Source: Azolla caroliniana (lineage: Eukaryota; Plantae; Polypodiophyta). From it: a stretch of 64,000 bases of DNA. Below are positions 57,118 through 64,000 of this stretch, piece by piece (the stretch's first letter is position 1; the number at the start of each line of letters is the position of its first letter). The notes beneath the pieces are model-generated. The model did not search any database and was not told where the DNA came from. It saw only the letters and a list, made by a program, of their open reading frames with translations. The position numbers and the translations under genes are program-made. The stretch spans positions 21,638,001 to 21,702,000 of the forward strand of contig JBHGNT010000003.1 in the NCBI GenBank assembly GCA_043228905.1. The letters are read 5' to 3'.

Positions 57118-57265
57118 CCGCATTCCATCGCTCTCTACTGGGATAGCTCATGAACCGGCTCACCACTCCAAGGACATATCCAATATCCGACTGGGCACAT
57201 ACCATTGCGTACATCATGCTTCCGACGACAGAGGCATATGGTATCTTCATCATATCTGTCTTCTA
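57118..57265 (-). pseudogene. Copia RT fragment into which Gypsy D inserted
   Basis: Minus strand reads MMKIPYASVVGSMMYAMVC..DIGY..GVVSRFM. Confidence 0.8.
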
Positions 57266-59041
57266 GAGTTGGAAGGGACTACGACAACGAGGAGAGAAGA
57301 GGCTGATGCGGAGGTCGGGTCAACGGCGGGTGAAGCGCGTAATATGAAGCATGCATTACGGTTGGCGGAGGGCCAAGAAACAAGCATGCATTCGGAGGAG
57401 CCACAACGAGTGACTGAAGATAGCGGTCAGGTTGAGCCTTTGAGAGGCGAGTACGAGACAGAAGACAGAGCGGTGAGGTGTCAGGATCGACGGATGAACG
57501 GCGTGTGCGGGGGAGTGTGCACGGAGAACGAAGGGCTACGCACCAAGAAGAGCAAACACGACATCCCGGAGGATGTGCAGGGCCAAGCGGGCCAAGAGGG
57601 AGTAGGTCAAGAAGAAGCGGTAACGAGAGCCGCAAAGGACATCGAAACAGGGAACATCGACATAGATGTCGGGATGGAGGTACGCTCTACCACGACAGAG
57701 CACCGCGAGCAAGTGTGGAATGAGGAGCGAGTAATGCGGTCACATAAGGACCTAAGAACGAGCGAGCATTCGGAGGACGACATCGACGCATGGGAAGAGC
57801 CTACGGAAGGCAAGCGTAGAACGGAGGGAGTCAGCACGTTGAGGTGTTCGGGACGAGAACAAGGTCAAACCGAAGGAGGGACACACGCAGTACGCGAGGG
57901 GCGGAATCCAGCATGCGATCGGAGTGACCGGGAGCCTAACGATGAATGAAAGAAGAGTGACAGGATCGGCAACATTGTTCGGGAGGGATACTACGACCGA
58001 TCGGGGAAGAAGGTGTGAGCATCGGATATGGCGAATCGGATGGAGTCGATGGTTCGAGGACCTGCGGCGGATGTGGTGGATCGGGAGGCTATGGTGGTTC
58101 GTGTGGAAGGGACGAGCGTGCTCGAAATGGAAGACGAATTCGAGCAAGGCCAATGAGTACACAGCCAAACCCGGTTGATCACCATTGTCGAAAATCTCAC
58201 CCCTTCTCCTTTCTTGGCACATACCGGTGGATGTGCGGTTTGGTGGGGGCGGATGTCGTGAGGATTTTCGGCCATGGTGAGAAAACCCGAGCGGAATGAA
58301 TAAAACGAGATGTGCAACATTGCACATATACTTAGGAAAATTGTAACTTAGGAAATAGACAAATGTAAGAAGGAAAAGTAAGTGTGGGGTGTAAATGTGA
58401 TGTGCACTTTGTAGACTAGAGGAAAGTACATGAAGAATGGGTGTAGGGAGTAGTGGGCATTGAGTGTGAATGTGAAAGGAGAGAGAGTTAAAGGCCCACC
58501 GATTTAAGATAAAGGAAAAATATTCCCCATTGAAAGAAGGGGATTTGACCTCTCCTTTTGTAATGTGCCTCACCCCTTACTACTATAAAAGGGAGTGAGG
58601 GGTCTCTTGTGAAAGGGGTTGCCTATTTTGAGTGAGGGGCTTCCACTTTTGGGGTTTTCTTTGGGGAGTCACCATTTTGTTGTTTCGGGGTAGACCATTA
58701 GGGTTTTAATGATCCCTATTTCGTTTTAGGGTTTGGGGTTTTAGGATCTCGTTTAGGGTTTCATTCTTCTTCTTCCTCTTCTTTACCTATCCGGTTAGGG
58801 TTTCTTTTAGGGTTTTGATTTGGCTTATGCGGCCATGGTTGTAATCATATAGTGGATTCTTAATATAGTTTGGTGATGTATCTTGTCTCTATTTTCTCTA
58901 CCATGCTAACCTCTTATTCTTTCTCCTTTCCTCTTGAGCTCAAAGGTCGAAGGTTAAGCTCCCATTCCCCCTCTACTCCCTAGTCCAAGACCCCCGCGGT
59001 CCCGCCTAAGATCCTACACATACCCGCGGAATTCCGTGACA
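57266..59041 (+). mobile_element. N3: 3' part of a non-autonomous Trp-group element (acidic ORF remnant, hairpin, PPT, LTR 58254-59041)
   Basis: Hairpin 58217-58236 and PPT GGTGGGGGCGGA as in A; TGTCGTGA...GTGACA; shared U5 motif; no pol motifs upstream. Confidence 0.8.
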
Positions 59042-59209
59042 CTGGTGTCGAGGGATCTCGCCTCCGTCCACCACCCACTTCCTCATTCGCCTTGTCGTGA
59101 ACTCAGTTGTCCACCTTGGTGCCGCCACCGTCAGTCTCTCCAGTCTCATGTGGCCTCTCGTAGCCGGCCGCTGAAGTCTCTAAAACTGGTGTGGGCAAGG
59201 TCCCGGCAC

Positions 59210-60801
59210 TGTTGTCCGCCGGAATAGTAACCGACGGCCAAAAGCGTAGGAATAAGTATAAAGCGTAACGTATGTAACGGTTCACGCTTTATATAGTTTC
59301 TTATTCCTACGCTTTTGGCCATCGGTTACTATTCCGGCGGACAACACCTGGCATGCCCGATGGGACAGTTGGTAGTCGAACAAGACAGACGGCATCAACT
59401 CGAAATCTGCCTAAACAATGAAATGGGGAAATTAGAAAAACAACATGAAAAGGAATCCCAGTTGTGGGCGGGCCTGAAGGCCACATATGAGGAAGCGGCA
59501 GCCGTTAAACAACAAGAAACCGCAAATCTCCAGAAGTCGATGGAAGACGCACGCAACCGCTGCCAGGCCATCATGGATAATGTGCGCATCCTTCTCCAAA
59601 CCAACCGGGAAAGGTTCACAACGCAATTGAAAACTGCGTTGGACAAAGGATGGATGGCGTGGGCAACCCAAGCAGCAGAATTGCACGCGTATCGTACGGA
59701 CTGGGAGAACCGGCGGAAAGACGGTCGAGGGTTTTATAAGCTAAACGAGGAGAGCATTGCGACCGTACGGGAGGACCTAGCACAAGACTATCGCGCGTTA
59801 GCAAACCAACACTCCGAAGAACTCGCACAACTCCTAGATGATTTTGGTGAAAGTCAGGAGGAGTTATGTCACCAGATCACACAAACCGATAACACGCATA
59901 CAAACGAGGAACCCGGCGAGACACCAATTCCGGGCCCAGCCGAAGAAGAGGAACCTCAGGACCGATCACCAGCAAGGACAACGGAGGAGAATAGCGGGGA
60001 CGAACGAGCAGAGTTCCCCACAAGACCAGACAGTGAAACAATTAACCACCAAAAGGTCCAGCCCACACCATCTTCAGAAAACGCGGAAAATAGTGCGGAC
60101 CAGGCGGAATCCCCGCCCCACGCCCAGGGACACACAAAAACAGCCAACACCGCGGAGGACGTAACCATAGAGGCGGAGCAGCAGCCGACGGCAAGCACAC
60201 TACCGGCGGAGCCCAGTCCACGAACTCAAGAAGAGCCCACCGTACCCGAACCACCCGCACACGGCGAAGGCGACTCCAAGAGAAACCAGGCCGACCAAGC
60301 AGAGGAGCCGCACCACGATGCTCCTACAGGCCCTACATCAACTCCGGCCGAGGACACCACAACAGAACCAAACATCCGGGGCATTTTGGAAGAAGATTAA
60401 CGGGATGGGTCCGACGTGCAAAGGCACTGTCCCACAGGCGTGCCAGGTGTTGTCCGCCGGAATAGTAACCGACGGCCAAAAGCGTAGGAATAAGAAACTA
60501 TATAAAGCGTAACGTATGTAACGGTTCACACAAGTACGCGTGAACAGCTAATTAAACCCTGCATATATAAAGGGCAGAAAACCTCGTAAGGAGGTGTGTG
60601 TAAATTCTGGGAATTGTAAAAAGAACGCTTGATAATAGAATATTATCTTCTCTGAGTTTCTGTGTATAGCTACGGCTAATTCAGTGTCTGTGTCTCGGAT
60701 ACGTAATCGTAGTAGTACGTAAGCGCAACCTGTGAGCAGGAGTCGGTTGTAGCCGTCTCCCCTTACACACAGCGGAGTCACAGAGGTTCTCTCCTTACGT
60801 A
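59210..60801 (-). mobile_element. T3: rearranged small LTR element with tRNA-Arg PBS (60429-60445), LTR 60448-~60801 and fold-back left end
   Basis: Same PBS-hairpin motif and ORF-X as T1 and T2; LTR terminus repeated directly at 59210-59285 and inverted at 59284-59369. Confidence 0.75.
59370..60400 (+). pseudogene. ORF-X copy 3, 5'-truncated but otherwise open, ending IRGILEED*
   Basis: ORF 59315..60400 contains GWMAWATQAAELHAYRTDWENRRKDGRGFYKL. Confidence 0.8.
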
Positions 60802-63236
60802 GTATGATTAAGCTCTATTCGTTGTTCCACACCCACCTTGAGGTCTAGGTCGAAGGACTGACCACGAACCGTGTTTCCTAAGAGGCAACAGGCACCACCG
60901 CTCATCATGTCTGCAACCGCCTTTATTCGTACATCATCGTCCATGGCTTCCCCGTCACTGATTACGCAAGCCTCGATTACGCTTGCCTCCTCCTCGCTCG
61001 ATGTTTCGGGCAACCGTGTCCCGAAAATTCCGCCCACTCTCGAAGTGGCACTCATCGCTCCGTAGTCCCCAACCTTCTCCATGGTCGTCCCTTTTCCGCA
61101 AGACAAGAGGGTCGCTCGCTCTGCACCCTCTCCCATGTCATCGTTGCACGCTCTTTCGGCCTCCACATAGGCCCCGTCCTCCACGCGTAGGGAGGCGTCT
61201 TCCTCTGCGTCCTCTGATCCTCTCGGACCCAACTCCACAATAGACCCTACTTCGACTTCGATCTTTTTCCTCAATATCTCGCATGCTTCCCGTACCAAGG
61301 CTTCTAGGTCGAATTCCTCCGAACCATTACCCATTGAGCTCTCTTCCTGTGGTAGTGTGTAGCCACTCACCACTGTCTCTTCTTCGCCACTCACGGGTCG
61401 TGTTGTGGCCAACCACTTCTCATCGTGGTGTCGGCATACCCTTTCCACCTTGGTCCAATCCTTGATGAGGTCGGGTGCTCCATAATCATCTTCGAGCTTG
61501 AATAGAATGTCCATCGTTTCCTCCCAATGGACCAACTTAAAAAATAGGAGGACTTTATCCGCCCCCACCGATCTCTGATCCCGCTCCGAGAGTTGAGTGA
61601 GCCGCTGCTCGAACGCTCAGAATGCCTTCGTTGCGCCCCGATGGGTCTTCGCCGATGCAACCCACTGGTCGAAGTCACACCGTCCTTGGCTCTTCGGCAG
61701 TCCTCTGTATGTTTGTAGGAGCGCCTCTTCGAAGGCCTCCCACGAACTATGACCTTCTCGAAGCTCCTTTAGCTCCGCGCGCATACAGACGGCGATGACC
61801 CGACAAAAGAACTCCAGCCTCAACGTCTCGTCTACGCCTCGCACCTCCATTTCTGCGTTGTAGCCTTCCAAGTAGAATGAGACTTTGTCCCCGTTGAAAC
61901 GGCTGACTCTTTCGACCACTCGCTCAATAGCTTGTTGCGTCGCTTCTCGCCTCATCATTCCTCGTCCGAACTCCATCACCACATCGGCCACCATCTCTAT
62001 GAAGTCTTCGTCTTCCAACTCCATCCTCCCTTACCGCCCTTTCACGTCGGGTTCACCAAAGATGTCGCGGTATTCTACGGGTACGTGTAGGATCTTAGGT
62101 GGGACCATGAGGGTCTTGGACTAGGAAGGGGTTAGGAGAAAGGAGAAGAGATTAACATGGAACAAGAAATAAATGGAGGCAAGATACACCAATGAGTTAC
62201 ATTAAGAAAACACCACACGCTTTACAACCGTGGCCGCATAGGCCGAACGAAAACCCTAACCAAATAGGTAAAGAAGAAGAGTAAAACCCTAGACAAAACC
62301 CTAAGACCCAAATAGGGAGAAGAAGAACTCTAGAACAACCAAAACCCTAACCAAGAAGAGAGAGACTACCAAACCCTAGATCTAAGTGGTATACCCTTCT
62401 AACACAAAATAGGCAACCCCTTCACAAGAGACCCCTCCCTTCCTTTTATAGCCCAAGGAGGGAGGGACGTTACAATGTGGGATAAATACTCCCCTTTATT
62501 CTATACACATTTTCCTACTATACATGTGCTCATGTTGCACACCGCCTACTTGCCCATTCCATCCAGATTTCGCACTATAGCCAGAAATCTTCATGACAAC
62601 GCATATGCCATGATCAACATCACAACATGTTGAGATATCAAGTTCAACTAGGTTTAGTTATTTTGTCAATAATATAACTTAGTAGTTATATAAATAGAAT
62701 CTAGTTAAGTGGGATACATTCGAGATCCTCCACTCCCAAGTTCAATAAATATAGAACTTACATCCTTGTACCTATATTCTCCTCACAAATGTGCACCCTT
62801 GCACATGAGATGTATATATACATACCTCATTGTGGGTATTTTTGTAATTTGATGCTTATTAATATAGAGAAAGGTGTTCTAGATACACTCTTGTTAATCA
62901 TCCCCCATTTGCTTTATTGTTCACAAAATATATTTCCTCTCTATCTCTCATTTAACTTCCTTACTCTCACACACACAAACATATCACATAGTCTTCCATT
63001 GCTTAATCACATACATGATTAACTACTACATAATTAAGAAATAATTAACCCTAATTAATTACCTAAGTATTAACAATTCCCTTATTGACATCTTCAAGAT
63101 TAGTGTATGTATTACAAGGTGTTTCAATGTTCTCAACCATAGGATTCATTCGGACCTCATGCATATGTAGGCTTTGTGCATATTCTAGCATTTCTTTATC
63201 TGTAAATATATAATCAAGTTTATGCAATTAAGCATA

Positions 63237-63503
63237 TTATAAAATATTTTTCCATAATCCATTATAATACAATCCTTTGAGCCGCGCAATCGACAACGAT
63301 CCTCTTTCTGATATCTTTATATTTTGGTATTTTCCAACTCTAGCATTAAAGTCTCTCATAATTAACACTTTACCAAACTTCTCAAAAAAGGCTTTATTGC
63401 CTCTTGTCATTATTGATCTTACACGCTTTCTTGATTTGCAAACCCGCGCCAGATCGAAATCCAGACAATTCTTCCACCTTTTGCAAAAATCTCCCCTTGA
63501 CAA
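63237..63503 (-). pseudogene. Possible LINE AP-endonuclease remnant
   Basis: VLIMRDFNARVG resembles the conserved GDFNARVG motif; nothing else is recognisable. Confidence 0.5.
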
Positions 63504-63614
63504 TCAGCTACCTTGTCCCTTTAACAGGTTTCTGGAGCTAATTATGCAAATTAAAATAGTAAATCTTTCTTTTAGTATACACCCATACTTTTGTTCACAT
63601 GCTCCTTTCATTGT

Positions 63615-63690
63615 CCCAAGAGGATTAGATTCGAACCCTTGACCTTATCATTGTAGGCATAAGCTCTTGCCAATTGGAGTATTGTCTTTA
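63615..63690 (-). other. Degenerate tRNA-derived (SINE-like) head
   Basis: A-box-like TACTCCAATTGG and B box GGTTCGAATC 32 nt apart; no full cloverleaf. Confidence 0.45.
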
Positions 63691-63801
63691 TATTATGCTA
63701 ATAGTTTATACTACCTCTTCTCCTTCTTATCATACCTTCCTTCAATCTTTCTTATATCTTGAGTTGATGCATTTCCTCTCTTGAACTCTCCATGTCACGG
63801 C

Positions 63802-63804
<3 letters not shown>

Positions 63805-63876
<72 letters not shown>
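63805..63876. repeat. (GT)36 microsatellite
   Basis: Direct reading. Confidence 0.98.
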
Positions 63877-63878
<2 letters not shown>

Positions 63879-64000
63879 ATGTATGTATGTACATATGTAC
63901 TAATGATTGTATGTATGTGTGTAATGCACTAATGGTTTATTTAGTAATTTGTAGAAGTTCAAAAAACATTATCTTACTTTGCATAATTTGATTGGTAAGA

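Larger units (their letters stand above)
59042..62598 (-). mobile_element. N2: gag-only non-autonomous element (LTR 62063-62598, Trp PBS 62041-62058), interrupted by T3
   Basis: ORF pieces 61617..62024, 60806..61568 and 59103..59209; the frame is restored when T3 is removed; homologous to N1. Confidence 0.85.

Noticed and set aside
57561-57576. Fifth copy of the pre-PPT hairpin (ACATCC-CGGA-GGATGT)
   Set aside because: It lacks the bulged A and is not next to a PPT; may be chance.
59210-60801. DIRS or Penelope-like element, suggested by the inverted terminal segment
   Set aside because: No tyrosine recombinase, GIY-YIG or RT; the tRNA PBS and the T1/T2 relatives indicate an LTR element with a one-off fold-back.
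60802-60805. GTAT/GCAC as a defined TSD for T3
   Set aside because: The register restores the host frame but needs two or more substitutions, and the LTR end is degenerate, so TSD length cannot be called.
1-64000. Many short overlapping or antisense ORFs in the six-frame track
   Set aside because: They are shadows of GC-rich retroelement coding sequence or microsatellites, with no independent motifs.

Overview
Eukaryotic, almost gene-free heterochromatic DNA made of deeply nested LTR retrotransposons. The (CT)n/(CA)n-rich LTRs and the element types suggest a non-seed land plant such as a fern, but that is inference. Contents: (1) A non-chromovirus Ty3/Gypsy group with a tRNA-Trp PBS and 4-bp CG-centred target sites. 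It has two full-length young copies (A 6033-13321, one nonsense codon; B 31555-38745, apparently intact) plus broken copies. Gag-protease and RT-RH-INT are joined by a conserved G_GAT_TTT slippery site with a covarying H-type pseudoknot. (2) Gag-only non-autonomous relatives of that group. (3) Five Ty1/Copia insertions with iMet PBS, four with recognisable 5-bp TSDs; two have intact ORFs. (4) The most unusual item: three copies, with three unrelated LTRs, of a small LTR element lacking gag and pol. Each has a hairpin-split tRNA-Arg PBS on the minus strand. Each carries one conserved antisense coiled-coil protein (~500 aa in the complete copy), which has repeated TQT (LC8/DYNLL-type) motifs in that copy. 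Matching target-site duplications also imply a ~42-kb inversion. No host genes, rRNA genes or CRISPR arrays were seen. Coordinates were read by eye; fragment junctions may be off by several bases.
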